A stretch of DNA of 64,000 nucleotides. Origin: Octopus sinensis. Taxonomy: Eukaryota. A program made the position numbers and the translations under genes. The stretch covers positions 17,918,001 to 17,982,000 of the forward strand of contig NC_043012.1 of NCBI RefSeq assembly GCF_006345805.1. The letters run 5' to 3'. Below, piece by piece: positions 26,983 through 41,129 of the stretch (its first letter is position 1; every line of letters starts with the position of its first letter). The notes below the pieces were generated by a model. That model had not been told where the DNA came from and did no database searches. It saw only the letters and a list, made by a program, of their open reading frames with translations.

Positions 26983-27733
26983 GTTATGCCTCAAGATCAT
27001 GGTATCGTAGAGGTTGTATTGCTGTAAAAGAGGCGTACATTTTGTAGGAGTGAGTTTAATAAGCCCTCTATTCCGGAATTTTGCCTTTAGTTCTGAAGCA
27101 CATCTACAAGCCAATCCTGTCAGATACGGTGAGATGCAGATTTTTGTCGACATGGGATGAAACTTTACTTATCTCAGGTAAATGTTTTAGACATCCGCAT
27201 AACTGATTCTAGTGGATGAGGACTTAGGTACATGTACTGCCAGTAACAATTGGCAAAGGATCTAGCTGACATGAAGTGATATAGAGCCGTGAGATGGCAG
27301 CTGTATATTTACGATAGTGGGAATTAGTGAAAGAAGCCGACAGAATAATGATGGGAATATCTTATATGGAAATAGGTGGTTGCAAAACATTCGGTTTCTG
27401 AAGCAGCTGTTTTAGTATAGGAAATGAAACCTCTGAAACATTGTATGCATTGGGGTGGTTTTGGAGAGGACTGAAGTGCGATGAAGATAATTGAAATTGG
27501 AAGAGAAGGGGACAGAGGGTTATCGGTTTTACGAGAAATCATGGAGAGTATCAGTGGGAAAATACGTATTCATTCGCTGAAATGGGGAACAGAAGAAAAA
27601 GAATTTTAACTAGAATTCGAAAATCTTTGATATCTCGCGGAGAGAGGCAAGTTGAAGAGGCACCACTTTTTAAAGAAACGTTTCACTAAATACTGCAGCG
27701 CAGAAAATATCTACAACTACACACACACACACA

Positions 27734-27786
<53 letters not shown>

Positions 27787-27886
27787 ACACGTGGGGTATA
27801 TATATATATATATATATGCATTTGTGGCTTTGCGTTTTGCTTTACTGTGGTCAGGTATAAATATCTCCTTTATTTCCTGCATGTGT

Positions 27887-27943
27887 GTCCAGCTGAAGAA
27901 GGAAAAGCCATTGGGCAAATCCAGAAATTAGCTAATCTAGGCC
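27887..27943 (+). ncRNA. Candidate type I hammerhead motif
   Basis: CUGAAGA-A-GGAaaaGCCauugGGCaaaUCC-A-GAA-AUUAGCUAAU-C: core, nested stem II, palindromic stem III, AUC triplet; stem I poor. Confidence 0.4.
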
Positions 27944-28208
27944 TACCTATGTTATTAATAAATTTTGTTAGCTTACTGTTTGGTATGTAACTGTGTGCCT
28001 CCTTAAGTGGTGAGACGATTTATCGTCTACTTTTCAGCATATAGGCTAGACAATTTCATTTCTATGCCTTTAATTATAATTATATATATAATTTCACCTT
28101 AATCGGTTTCTTTCTTTATATGCTGGTCAATGACAAAATTTAAATGGAATTATTATCTTTTGTTATTCTATGTATGTATGTATGTATGTATGTATGTATG
28201 TATGTTTG

Positions 28209-28276
<68 letters not shown>

Positions 28277-28454
28277 TAGCAGAGATACCCGGTGTTGCCC
28301 GGTTACATTAAATTGAAGAATTAGACTTTTCTGTTAGATATACATGGATACACACACACACACATATTTATGTATATTAATATAAATACATGAAAGGACA
28401 TGAAGTTTGTTAAAAAAAAAAGGGAATCATGTATATACATCCTGGCTGTTGAGA

Positions 28455-30005
28455 TTATAACACTTCGTTGTAAACAATGTTCCTTCTTTTTCCTTGTGGA
28501 GCATATAGAAAAAGGTTTCTGTTAGTTCTTACTCTTGAGCAGCCAACATGCAGTTGCCCATGCGAGATGCAGGGCTCTTCCAAGAGAAGACCAGCTACAG
28601 AGAGGGTTTGATCCTGAGATTTGTTAATGGACATGGCAAAGCTGATAAGAAGGAGGAATTGCAGTCTTCTGAATGTAAATGGAATTTCTGCTCCTGATGG
28701 AGTAAGAGGAAATCTTGGAATAAAGACGTCATCACCTTTTCCACATCCATAAAGAATGATAACCTCGATAAAGTGTGACATAATTTTCTTCATCACCAGT
28801 CGTATTCCATTGCAAAGTCTTGGTGATTCCAGATTGCGGAGTAGCATTACAGGAGTTCAAACTTTAAGTGCTAATATGTGTGGAGGTAGTCCAGGAGGCT
28901 CCAGTGAATTGAGAAATTGAGGAGGATATTTCACAACTTCATTTATATCTGGAATTGTATCAACAGACTTGTTGAATGCATTAGCTGTTGATTAATTTTG
29001 TTAACGGCCAATTGTGATTTTGGTTTTGTGTGAAGTTGGGAAAGACTTTGTTTTTGAGGTCATCTACAGTATTAACAACTGATGAAAATGACCACACTTC
29101 CATTTGTCTTGCAGCATCGAGAGGCATCTTGCCTTCACCAAGTGTCAAAATGTCCTGTGCAAACTTTGTGGACATTTTGTCCCCGTGTAGTTGAGCTCTC
29201 ATGTTAGTGGTGAGACTGAGGATTGTAACATGATGCTACAGGGTAGAGGACTTTAGGCATGCTTGGACTTCATCTGCTCTAGTGCCTTTCGGAATGACAG
29301 GAAGAGTTTGCCTGAAATCACCTGACAACAGAAGCGTCACACCTCCCATTGGAGCCTGACAGTCTCGGATGTCTTTCCGGGCTCTATATAATGCTTCCAA
29401 AGCTCCCTTGTGAGCCATAGTGCACTCATCCCAGACAATTAGATGACACATTTTAAGTACCTGTCCCTGATCTGAACTTTTGTTGATGTTGCATGAAGGC
29501 ATTTCGGATGCTGCTAAATTGAGAAGGAGTTTAAATGTTGAGTGTGCTATTCTGCCACCGGGTAACAAAGTAGCTGCAATGCCAGAGGAGGCTACAGCTA
29601 CTGCAATGTCCTGATGCTGCTAACTTCTGCAAGGAGAAGCTTTGTAATAAATGTTTTTCCTGTCCCTCCAGGAACATCGAAGAAGATTCGTCCCTCGCGT
29701 TGGCGCACACTGTTAAGAATAGTTATGGAGGCCTGTAGCTGGTCCGGAAGTAATTTAGGCTCATTTTCAACAATGTACTTTGAAAGCGCTTGAGTGCCGT
29801 AGGTTGTTTCACGAATGACAACAGTGGGAAGGCTTTTTGACCCTGACCTGAATGCTTGTGGCAGGCCATACGTCGACAATTCATTTCCTCCCAGTTTAGC
29901 AATTCTGTCTTCAATGTCAATGAGTGTTTTGTTATAGATTTCATTGCTGATACCCTCCATGTCAGGATAGAGCAGTTGAGCTTGGCGCTGAAAGTCTTCC
30001 GTCAT
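28455..30005 (-). pseudogene. Helitron PIF1-family helicase, frameshifted
   Basis: PGGTGKTF (Walker A), LLPGGRIAHSTFKL, IVWDECTM (Walker B), GDFRQTLPVI, MRAQ, LRNL..PRLCNG, FAMSINKSQ, HGQLHVGCSRV. Confidence 0.92.
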
Positions 30006-30148
30006 GTTGTCTCTATATTTGAGCCATAGAGTGACCGGATCACACAGTTTGAATGCCTGTAGTAATACTGCAAATAGTGACCTGAGACTTTTACGTGATT
30101 GTGATGAAGCAGACTCTCCTAAAGCTGCATCCCATTGTGCACCATCTT

Positions 30149-31230
30149 CTAACAGACCTTGGCGACAGCAGGCTTCTCTGTATGTTGTGCAGACATGTCC
30201 ATGAACGGTTTTAGTGCATGGAAAGACGTTGGCTCTCTGACCTCATGCAGTAGTAGACGAAGGTAGAAGCATTCTTGTTGAGTGGGATGCACTGTGTATA
30301 CTCGCCCAAGACAGGTGTGAAGCTTAATGCGAGGGTATCCATGAACATTTTGACCTGCTTTCCGTGGGGCCCAATTTTTTCCTTTCCAAGTGTAGTACGA
30401 TGGAATCTGTGGATGTGGATACAGCAAGGTTTGAGCAAATGGATCCACTTGACCAAACTTTGCCAACGGAGAAGCATTAGCATCGGTGAAGTACACTCTT
30501 TGACCATTTTCCAGGTGCGCTGCAAGCTGTTGAATGGCGGAGTGTCGTTGGTGAATTGGAAAGCCAAAGATGCGCCAGAAAGCCTCGTTGCTACTTATGT
30601 ACCGTCCCACTTGATAATGCGTCATCTCATCCTGGCAGTATTCTTGTTGAAGTCCAAATATTGCAGCGTCAGAACCTTTGTTTACATATTTGCAAACGTA
30701 CTTGATGGATTTAACGGAGTGGGGAGTATGGAACAATCCATCTATTATCAATATCGTGCTGTCCGATAGTTGCTGTGAAACCTCTGTCTTCTGGTTTTCT
30801 GCGTCTGTATGATGGATACCCATCAGCACCTGTCTGAGTTTCTTGAAGGAACCTCCTTGGAAATCATTTTGAACATATGCTGTCCTTCAAGCATGGTGTG
30901 TTTATGTTGAATCCACGCCCACATGGACCATGTATCATGTTTGCTTTAACTATTTAGTATAGTTCTTTGTCTAAAGCTGGATTAGGAAGCTCTGCAGAGA
31001 TTATCTTGTCGATGTCATTGGAATTGATCTTCACTGAGAGCCAAAGCAGGATATGAGCATGTGGAAGGCCCCTTTTTTGCCACTCAATTGTGTACATGCC
31101 ACATTGTATGGGCCCAAAGACTTGCCCTTTTTGTATGAGCTCCATAAGAGAGATTAACTTCAGATGGAAAACTCGAGCGTTGAGATTCCGGTTCGAATGT
31201 AAGTCATGTTTGAAAGTGTCCCCAACAGTT
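30149..31230 (-). pseudogene. Helitron Rep (HUH) domain, frameshifted
   Basis: ARVFHLKL, EWQKRGLPHAHILLW (HUH), IHGPCG, SIKYVCKYVNKGSD (Y2), GRYISSNEAFWRIFGFPIH, CFYLRLLLH. Confidence 0.92.
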
Positions 31231-31243
31231 ATTAGTTGTAGTG

Positions 31244-31560
31244 GTAGAGTGTTTATGCTGAATATGTACGTATGCAAGTATATATATGTATGTATGCCTG
31301 TATATATGTACAAAATCCACTGAGAAGGCTTTTGATGGTCTGCGGCTATAGCAGAAGACACATGCCAAGTCACCACACAGTGGGTCTGAACCCAGGACCA
31401 TGTGTTTGGAACGTAGTTTGTTACCACACAGTCACACTTGACCCTATGTGTGTGTCTGCGTATGTGTGTATGTGTAGATATATTATGCATGTATATATGT
31501 ATATATATATGTGTACATATTACATGTACATCTATATATAAACATCTACACATAAAGTAC
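31244..31560 (-). mobile_element. SINE family A-like head plus microsatellite nested in the Helitron
   Basis: Reverse head ...GGTCTGAACCCAGGACCATGTG...GTTACCACACAGTCAC interrupts the Rep region. Confidence 0.7.
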
Positions 31561-33529
31561 GAAATACAAAGTTATATCTTGATATCGCTAGTGATAACAA
31601 TACTCAAAATATATAACAGACTGGAATTGTAGGTCCGTCTCTTGCAATTTCGATCAATTGGATCTTGTCCTCCCACTTGTATAGAAGTGTACGGCTGCAG
31701 CGAAATTCACTTTTAGACTTTCTTCTATTGATGGCATTTTAAGAAAAATGCTTCCATAAAGACGGTGAAAGTATTGTCAATTTCCATAAACAGGGACGCA
31801 ATTCAATTTTTAAACAATAACTAAAGCCCCTTCTCCTAAGGGGGGGGACTGTTTACAATTATTTAACAAATGCAACACAACAACGTTTCCCTGACGAGGA
31901 AACAACAAACGTGATTACAATAGTCAAACAGTAATAATAATAACAACAAACCTTTTTAATTTATCCCCATTTATGTATAACCACTTATTCAAGTTCAAGT
32001 CATTGACGCAATTTTATACGAATTGCTAATACACATACACACACATAATAAGGGTGAGAAATTGATTAATATGAATTGAAAACCAGTGGTGTAGCATATA
32101 AGACCATAGCGGATCTTCTTCTAGCAAAATGGATGACCATTGTTAATGGTTCATCCCTGTTATATAATACGTTCACTTTAATAGTTTCAGTATTAAAGTG
32201 AAAGTGTCTGCATTACGAAAGAGAGATGTTTTTGTTTCACTTTTAACACGTGATACTGAAATAGTGGAGAAGATATGATATTGCTGTGGGGTCGCCCTAG
32301 GGAAAAAGTTAAGATTTTTTGCCAATGATACTCCCCGGACTTTAAGTAAGGCATGTGTAAAATTTGAATAAAATTGGTTGTGTACTTCTCAAGTTTTAGA
32401 GAAACACACAGAGACAGACACACGTTCTCAGTTTTATATATATAGAGATATACATACACACACTCACACACACTCACACACACACACTCACACACGTACG
32501 CCCCCATTTATATTTATGAGAATTTATGTTAAAGAGAAGTATATATCGGTTTTTCTCTTTGTACTGTTTTGGTTTTTGGTGCCTCTGAAAGGATGTTCCA
32601 AGTGCAATTGGATGCTTAACCACCATGAATAATCATTGGAACACATTATTGCATCATGTTACAGAGATCAAATATCTGAAGTTGGACAGATGGCGAGACA
32701 TTTTATAAGTATTTGGAGAGGAAAGTAGATAGAAAGCAAAATGATACAGAAAAAATAGAAAGAGATACAGCAAAAGAGAGGATGAGAGGGAAGAGAAAAT
32801 TCAAGAATACATAGACACACACACAGACACACACACACACACACACAAATATATATATATATATACATAGAAACACACATACATTTATCTCACAAACACC
32901 AGGTTGCCTTTAAAATTTCGAAATGGTGACAATAATAACAATACTAAAAAAGAACTCTACGTAAAAACTAGAAAGCTGCGTGACTTTAGAAACTTTATTG
33001 AAGATAATGGCAATGGGAGAAGGAGAGAGAAACGGGAGATAAAAGTGTTAAAGCGAGAAGTAAAAGTCAATGTCAGCAACGTCGATGAAGCAATCTATAA
33101 ATAGTTTCAGTGGCAGTTGGAAAAAAAATTTTTTTTTTTTCATTTATCAATCTGTTGTGTGAATTTTCAGTTATATCACTTAAACGAAAAATTTCTGTTG
33201 AATTTTCTGTTTTTAATTTTCTACTAACCGCTGCATCAGAGCATGTAATGTTATGCTGTAACTCCAGCTGAACGCAGAGCCACCTGGTGTTTTAGAAAAA
33301 TTGTTCTGCTGATACGAATCTATCAGATTTTTATTAACAGATATAATTCTCAGACAACCAGTAGGTACTCACACACATAGATATACACACCTATATATAC
33401 ATCTGCGTATGTATGTATGTCTGTATCTATGGATGGATGGATGGATGATTGTATGTATGTATTCTTTATGTATGCATGTATCTATCTATATCTCATATAT
33501 GTATATATACACATACAAACTAACTCTAT

Positions 33530-33618
<89 letters not shown>

Positions 33619-33680
33619 ATCTATCTATCTATATATATATATATTATATATATATATATATATTATATATATATATATAA
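33530..33680. repeat. (TATC)n(TA)n microsatellite
   Basis: Directly visible. Confidence 0.9.
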
Positions 33681-34005
33681 ATATCTGATCTAAACGATCT
33701 AGGTACGGTAGGTAAGTGCTGTAACGGATTATAAGGCCAGCAATCCTCCTTGAGTCGCTATCGTACGCCCGTAGGGGACGAACATTTGGGGGATAGACCT
33801 CTCCAGAGACGTTTTACGTCTCGGCCATAATATTGGGGGCCTGGTAATCCGATATATATATAAAGAAAAACAACACACATGTATATATACATATGTAGAC
33901 AGACACAGCGACATAAATAAATAAATACATATATATACATATATTTGTATATATGTTTGTGCATGTGTGTGTGTACATACATACTTGCATATATACATAT
34001 AAGCA

Positions 34006-34210
34006 CAGGAGTGGTTGTGTGGTAAGTAGTTTGTTAACCAACGACTTGGTTCCGGATTCACTCCCACTACGTGTGAATTTGGGCAAGTGTCTTCTAATAT
34101 AGCCGCGGGCCGACCAAAAGTTTGTGAGTGGATGTGGTAGACGGAAACTGAAAGAAGCCCGATGTATATATATATATATATATATGTTTGTGTGTCTGTG
34201 TTTGTCCCCG
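34006..34210 (+). mobile_element. SINE family A, 3'-truncated
   Basis: CAGGAGTGGTTGTGTGGTAAGTAG...GGAAACTGAAAGAAGCCCG, then TA/TG tract. Confidence 0.85.
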
Positions 34211-36043
34211 CTCCAAAGAACAGTGCATTGAAGATGTAAGGAAAAAAAGAGATGATTTCGATGTTAGAGAAGAATTTCGAGATATATTTATTAAACTTCA
34301 AAATTTCTAATTCTGACATGTCGGATCTTGAAAATTTTATTGCTACCCTATTTGCAGTATAAGATAAAAAAATTAAAAATGAAAATCCAGTATGTTGATA
34401 AAGAAAAGTTTACATTTGAATTTTATCCAACAGCATTACCGGTATCTATAAAAGAAATTCTATAATCTTACGTACAGCTCTTATGCTAGAAGCTAAGGAA
34501 ATTACTACCGTACTTAAAATAGAAGGTGGAATAAAACTGATGCTCTTTTGCGTAGCTTATATTAAATTTAAATGTCATAAATGTGTTTTTCTTTCACCAA
34601 ACAAATGTTGATTTATCAACTGAAATCCTATTCGAGGTTAAGTTAGTAAGAATTTCTTGATACACTTACTCCTATTTATGGAACGAAAAAGTACATTCCT
34701 TCAGATATAGCGTGCTTTTATGGGAAGGTTACAAAGATTGCCACTACGTCTAACTTCAGTTAAATTTGTATATGTATGAGTGACCATATATAATAGTGTA
34801 TATACGCAAACATATTTAGCTCCCATCCAAACATAACTAAGAAACATTATATGGTATAATACACATTCGAGCTTGAATATCCGATCAAATATAGCAAAAG
34901 AATTTATATTCTGAGTCACATCATTTTACTAGGTTACACCGAGCGATCTTAATTAAAATTCTATTAAGGTATTCTGCTTTTGCAATTTTTTCTAGCTGTG
35001 TTAATTCTATTAGAGCCAATTGCCTGTCAAACAATGCTAATTACAGCACTTCATTTGCTTATGACTGTGTAAACCGTACACGGCTTAACACAAATTGAAG
35101 TCTTTAGTTTTCCTACAGTTTTACTGTACTGCCCCAAATTTAAACTGAATTATGGTTATCAACCCACTTATGAGCGACAGAAGATCGATGCAAATCAACA
35201 TATTCTTGCCTTTGTGTTAATCTCGACAAATGATTTTCGACAGGAATATCCAAATATACGTAGAGATTAACAAAAACTTGTAACGATATTAATAAACTAT
35301 AATGTACGTCCTTGGTACCGATCACTCTGAAGAGACACAGAAATTATGGAAATAAGCGTAGTGCTTGAAGTATTTTACTATAGAGATTTAGGGACTTCTG
35401 GAATTCAAGATCAAATATTTGTCTGTACCTATTTGCTCGAATTAAAGTATTTGCTAGTATAATGCATAACATTATGTTCGCCATATTAGTTCATGCCAGC
35501 AAGATAATTCTCGAACGTATATCATCAGTTCTAATGTAATTCCTATCTTATTTTTATATTACTTTAAAATGTTCTTTTTTTCATTATTTCTCTCTCTATT
35601 ATTTTTGAGACCATCATATTCGGAGATTTTTCTTTCGGTCTTAATGTTAATGTTATTTATGCCTTTCAATCACTTTCTTTCTCTCAATGTATTATTATAT
35701 AGCAAGGCGAGTATTTCACATGAACATTTCTCCATTGAAAAATAGTATTCTGAGTGTTAAAAAGTCTAGAATATTTTCTCTGTTTCTTTCTCCCTCTATC
35801 GACATTTTGATTATTTTATTCATTTCTCATACACTCTTAAATAATTTAATACATATAAATATTACAATGCCTCACCGTGAGATAAATATGAATGCACACG
35901 GTATTTCTGTGCTATTGATGTGCAGAAAAGAACCTGTGCAATACTTGACGGAAGCTTTCATTCTTTGCTGATCGTTCAAATATATATATATATATATATA
36001 TTCTCCCTTACTTAAATTATTTTGTCAGCATTTTCTTCATTTC

Positions 36044-36093
<50 letters not shown>

Positions 36094-36239
36094 TATATAT
36101 ATGTATATGTATATATTTACCTGGTTTCCAATGCTAACTTACATTACAGGTAAGTTGTGACACAAAGCAGTCACTAATTAGACCATGTTAAATTACACGA
36201 TGTGTGCATTTGATGACCCGCCATCAATTAAACAATATC

Positions 36240-36422
36240 TGTTTCTTTATTGCCCACAGCGGGCTAAACATAGAGGGGAGAAACAAGGACAGACAGGGGA
36301 ATAAGTCGATTATATCGACCCCAGTGCGTAACTGGTACTTATTTACTCGACCCCAAAGGGATGATAGTAAGGAACGTAAAGACTGCTGAAATACTGCTAA
36401 GCATTTCGCCCGGCGTGCTAAC
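36240..36422 (-). mobile_element. SINE family B monomer with 15-bp TSD
   Basis: Flanked by CAATTAAACAATATC (36225) and CAATTAACCAATATC (36423). Confidence 0.8.
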
Positions 36423-36624
36423 CAATTAACCAATATCAATAACAAGCATACCAAAACATATACAAGAAGATATTAAATAGATTGAAATAAGACAACGACT
36501 CGCTCTCGTTTAAATAAACATGTAAGTACACTTTTTTGATGCGATTAAAGCGGAAAATAAGGTACGGTAGCCGCTCCTTCACCAACCATTAGCATAATTT
36601 CCTTGAAATCTATAGCTGGCATTC

Positions 36625-36897
36625 TGTTGGTTACAGCGACGAGTCTACCGGCTGATCCTCTCAAAGGAACAGCCTGCTCATGAAATTGAGGTGCATTACG
36701 CATAGACGCATACTCTTAACGTAGTTCTGAGGGAAAATCAGTGTGACACGGAATCTTCCTGAATATCTACTAGCTGAGTAAACTGGAGTAACGTGAAATA
36801 AAGTATCTTGTTGAAAATCAAACGCACCGACAGGAATCCAACTGATAACCTTCAATTGTGAGCCGAATACTGCAACGACTAAGTCACGTGCCTTCAC
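36625..36897 (-). mobile_element. SINE family D, diverged
   Basis: Collinear with 9850-10168. Confidence 0.75.
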
Positions 36898-36924
36898 GAC
36901 TTGAAATATACAACAACATGAAAT

Positions 36925-37170
36925 TATTTTCTAGTGTAGGCACAAGGCCCGAATTTTTGGGAAATGGGGGCCAGTCAATTAGAACCACCCAGTACGCAAC
37001 TGGTATTTAATTTATCGACCCCGAAAGAATGAAAGGCACAAACGACCTCGGCGGAATTTGAACTCAGAACGTAAAGACAAAATATTATGTAGCAAGGCGA
37101 GTGTTGAACATTTCGCCCGGCATACTACCGTTTCGTCCGGGTCGCCGCCTTCCTGCCAGCTCGCCGCCTT
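36925..37170 (-). mobile_element. SINE family B
   Basis: TAGGCACAAGGCCCGAA...TCGACCCCGAAAG...CTGCCAGCTCGCC. Confidence 0.85.
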
Positions 37171-37794
37171 ATGCAACAATAGGAAATGCCATATTGGAGG
37201 ATAGACTAAGCTGTATATTTATGATTATGACGGCGTGTGACAGCCTTGTATAGCAGCTGCTCTGTGCTTTATATTAGCAAAGTACGTCTTCTCTCAGGAG
37301 CTATCGAAACGGTTTCTTATAAAATTCTTCTCCCTGGTTGTTAACTTGCAGAAACGATTTGTTATATTGAACGTTATTGCAGTTCTTCTGCCATACACTG
37401 TGTTGTGAATAAAATTGGAAGGGCTTAATAAATTTATTATTTGAAATTAAATGGAATTTTATGAATGTCCTTAGCCTCAAACAACAGCTATAACCAAATC
37501 CCTTTATATCATAATTTAATTTATTCAATTTACATTCTTACACTGGGAGCTAATGAAAAATAATTACCAATATTTTCTCTTTAATATTCACATATTCGAT
37601 TTTCTATGTTATTCCTTGAATATTGTCCCAAGATGGAGAGTCTAAATATTGGAGTTAGGAAATTTTAAATTTAATCTTCAGTACAGACTCCTATACGTAT
37701 ATATACTAATATATACATAACACACACTTACACACACGATACACACAGATATATGTGCGTGTGCGTATGTCTGCTTTTTCGAATATATAGTAAA

Positions 37795-38102
37795 AACTCG
37801 CTTTGGTCACGAATAACCATGTGATTGTACCGAGAATATTATCTTCTGAGCCGCACGTCCAAGCAAAATTGATTATGGAAGACCAGCAGTCGCCTATGCT
37901 TACCAGTCTTCCTTCTTCGAGCCACCGATGTTGTCCAAGGGAAAGGCAAAGGGGTCGATACGGCTTGGCATCAGTTACGTCGCAAATCATTTCTACAGCT
38001 CCATGAACGTGTCTTGTTCAAGGACACAGCACACAGTCCGATACGGGAATCGTACTCACTACTTCGTGATTGTGAACCCGACGTTCTAACCAGTGAGCTA
38101 TG
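37795..38102 (-). mobile_element. SINE family C
   Basis: Reverse-complement similarity to 3432-3769 (GGAAGACCAGCAGTCGCC, CCAAGGGAAAGGCAAAGG). Confidence 0.8.
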
Positions 38103-39769
38103 AATAAATGAATACATAAAAATCTAATTTGAATAAATGACAGTTAATATAAGCGCTGATGGAATGTGAGATTTAAAATTTTGCAGTTTTCGAGGTAGGC
38201 AGAAATTTAGCATCTATTCAAGGAAAGAATTTATACTCAAGTTCATGCTGAAAGAAAACAAGTATAAATATTTTGATTGCAGAATGAGAACATCTTATAT
38301 TTCATTAGTGGGTATAAGTCTTGTTTTGGAATTTTGAAACCGTTACCGAATACAGCAGGTGAAGGAAGAAAGGTGGTACCCACATCCGCTATGTTGTGTA
38401 TATAAAAAACGAATGGAAGCCTAGGAAATTGAAGTTGAACTCATTATTATGTAACATTATACATAAATTCTTGCTATTAAACAAGTAAGAAATCATTGTA
38501 TAATACTTTTTGCTTTCTAATCAGCTGTACGAACGATTCCGTACGTACATTTCGTCGAAAGAAAGAAGCAATTTATTGCTATTTTTCTTTTCAAAAATTC
38601 TTCCGGCAAAGATTAAGATTGGAAATTAATCCATGTAATTTTTTTTCTAAATTACTTCTCGTGATGACAATTTATAATTCTTAGAATTTTATTAAATAGG
38701 AATATGAATATTTGTAAAGTAATGGACATAGTGAAATGAAGATTAATTAAAATCATTTTACACAGAAATAATAGAGTTCGGGAAAATAGAAATATATTTT
38801 GGTTTGAATTTCCCTTAAGCACTAAATTTCAATTAATCTGCAATAATACGCTTAGCTTCTGAGATTCTATTATCTTCTTAATTATTCATTTTAAAAGTAC
38901 ACTTACATTGGCAGGCACATGGAAAATACTCGCGCAGAAGCAGATATCGGAGCAAATGCATTGTACACTTATATAGCTGTAAATCAAAATGGATTTGCAG
39001 CTGAATATTCCGCAGACTTTCCTACACGTGACATAATCAAAGTTAGTTAAGATTGTCTTGTTACACAGTCTCTAGGAACCAGCGTCACAGGGTGTAACAA
39101 GGCAGACTCTCTCAATTAAAAATATAATCCATCGGGACGCACACATATATTTTGTTTTTTCCCATTCACTTACAAGAATTGGCTCAAACTGTGGTTATAG
39201 CTAAAAAATCTTACTGAATGTGCCTCGCTACGGGAGTAAAACTTCCTATCGACTAACCATGTGATTGCTTACATGTAGACTACTATATGTTTATACGCTT
39301 TTAATTGTTTGAAACATTGGACTGCAGTGAAACTGGAACTCTGTATTCCAGGCCAGCGTTTAGCGACGGAGAAATCGACCCTGTTGGTGAAGTGGAAGGG
39401 TGACAAATACAAAGGTGCGCACACGCAGCCCCCCCCCCAACGCACACACACACACACACACACAGTGTTTCCGCGTACCGAATTACTTCCTACAGCGTTA
39501 AGACATTGGAGTTGGCGTGCAGTAGAACTGAAACCAAAACCATGCCTTTAGAAACCAAATATCTTAAGCACACTCACAGCTGTGCCTATGTATGTCTCAT
39601 TTTTATCAGACGTGAATTCAGCCAGCGACTGATTATTGAATATCAGCTTTCTGAAGTACTGATTTTACGTAAAACAATTTCTATATTCAACCGTTATTCA
39701 ACAGATAAAATTATTCTACAAAATAATACAATTGAACCACTATATCGATCATACTCTTCGATCTTGTTA

Positions 39770-40640
39770 TACCCCCCATTTTATCATGCGCGTTCCATTC
39801 ATTCTTGATTGCCCCGTTCTTTTCCATTTTGTCCCAAATCATTTAAGTAGATCGGTTTTCCATTGTCGTGGAAGCCTTCTGAGTGGCCGTTGCCGAATTC
39901 TTCGATATCATTCGGCAACAACTAGACTTCCCCCTTTTCTGCGAACCTTGAGACATGTCCGGCCCAGCGGAACTTCTGCTTTCAGTATTCTGTTATAACC
40001 CCGCTAATTTCTCGAATTGCATTTTTTCGGATACTTTCTCCAAATATTATTCTGATCATGCAGCTCTCATGACCCTTTGTGTGGTAGCCAATCGACGTTT
40101 TTCATTATTATTAACCTGGGTGCTGGTAGGGTGTATAGTCTGGTCCATATTGACCATAATGACATGTTTATCGCGGTAGAATACTCCTATATTGCTCTTA
40201 TCACCCTCGGGAATTTAGAGTCCATGTCTCTGCGCATTTCCATTGCGTGCCTCACGATGTCGTACTCCTTACCTTCTCGATTCTATCACTTTTGCTACAT
40301 TTTCAGACCGTTCATCCTTGTTCATCCTTGTGCTGCATTTTCAGACCATGTATATTGTGATTACATTCATCTTAAGGCCTACTCCTGCACTATGAGCGTC
40401 CAACGTTCTCAGCATGTCTCCAAGTGATCTGTGGCTTTGATGATGAGTAGGATGTATTAATAGGTCACCGTTGATGTTCACACCACTATCCAGTCCGTGC
40501 CCCTGGTGATCATATCCAGACATTCGATAAACACTTTTCAAGTGGTAGCTTTTCATTCTTTGGTGCCTTTATCAGCCAAAATTCTTACTCGCGGCCATAG
40601 CAGAGATAAGTTAGTTGTGCACCTATAATTCTCATCCTTA
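39770..40640 (-). mobile_element. Decayed RTE-clade LINE 3' fragment
   Basis: GVNINGDLL...DMLRTLDAHSAGVGLKMN; further 3' TTQRVM and KQKFRWAGHVSR. Confidence 0.75.
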
Positions 40641-40964
40641 AACAGTTTGGATAATCGCGTTTAGGATTAAGAATGGCATATAGTTAATTCTATCGATCTA
40701 AGTCCATTGCAAGTTAATAACATATAGACGCATGGGGTAGAAGTTAGCGTCAGAATTTAACGATACAAAACCAGCGTGAGAATGTCGGTCTGTTTTTTGC
40801 AGATTTTTTTAATAGTATTCAAATTATGGACAGTTAAACATAAATGAAGGAAGGCATATATACACACATGTATCTACGTGTCAATGCGTAGACCACCCTT
40901 TTGATCCATCCTGCCTTTCTCTCACTCTCTCTTGATATATTTACGTATATTTGTGTGTGTGCAT

Positions 40965-41114
<150 letters not shown>

Positions 41115-41129
41115 AGTAAATCTTCAAAC

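Larger units (their letters stand above)
28276..32448 (-). mobile_element. Helitron, decayed autonomous type, both termini present
   Basis: 5' TCTCTATATATATAAAACTG (preceded by A), 3' hairpin CCGGGCAACACCGGG then CTAG followed by T; Rep and PIF1 helicase motifs inside. Confidence 0.92.

Noticed and set aside
31890-31905. CTGACGAGGAAAC resembling an HHR core
   Set aside because: No stem II between CUGACGA and GAAA.
35119-35270. Possible terminal exon after TTTTCCTACAG (LLYCPKFKLNYGYQPTYERQKIDANQHILAFVLISTNDFRQEYPNIRRD*)
   Set aside because: Unrecognised peptide, with no upstream exon identified.
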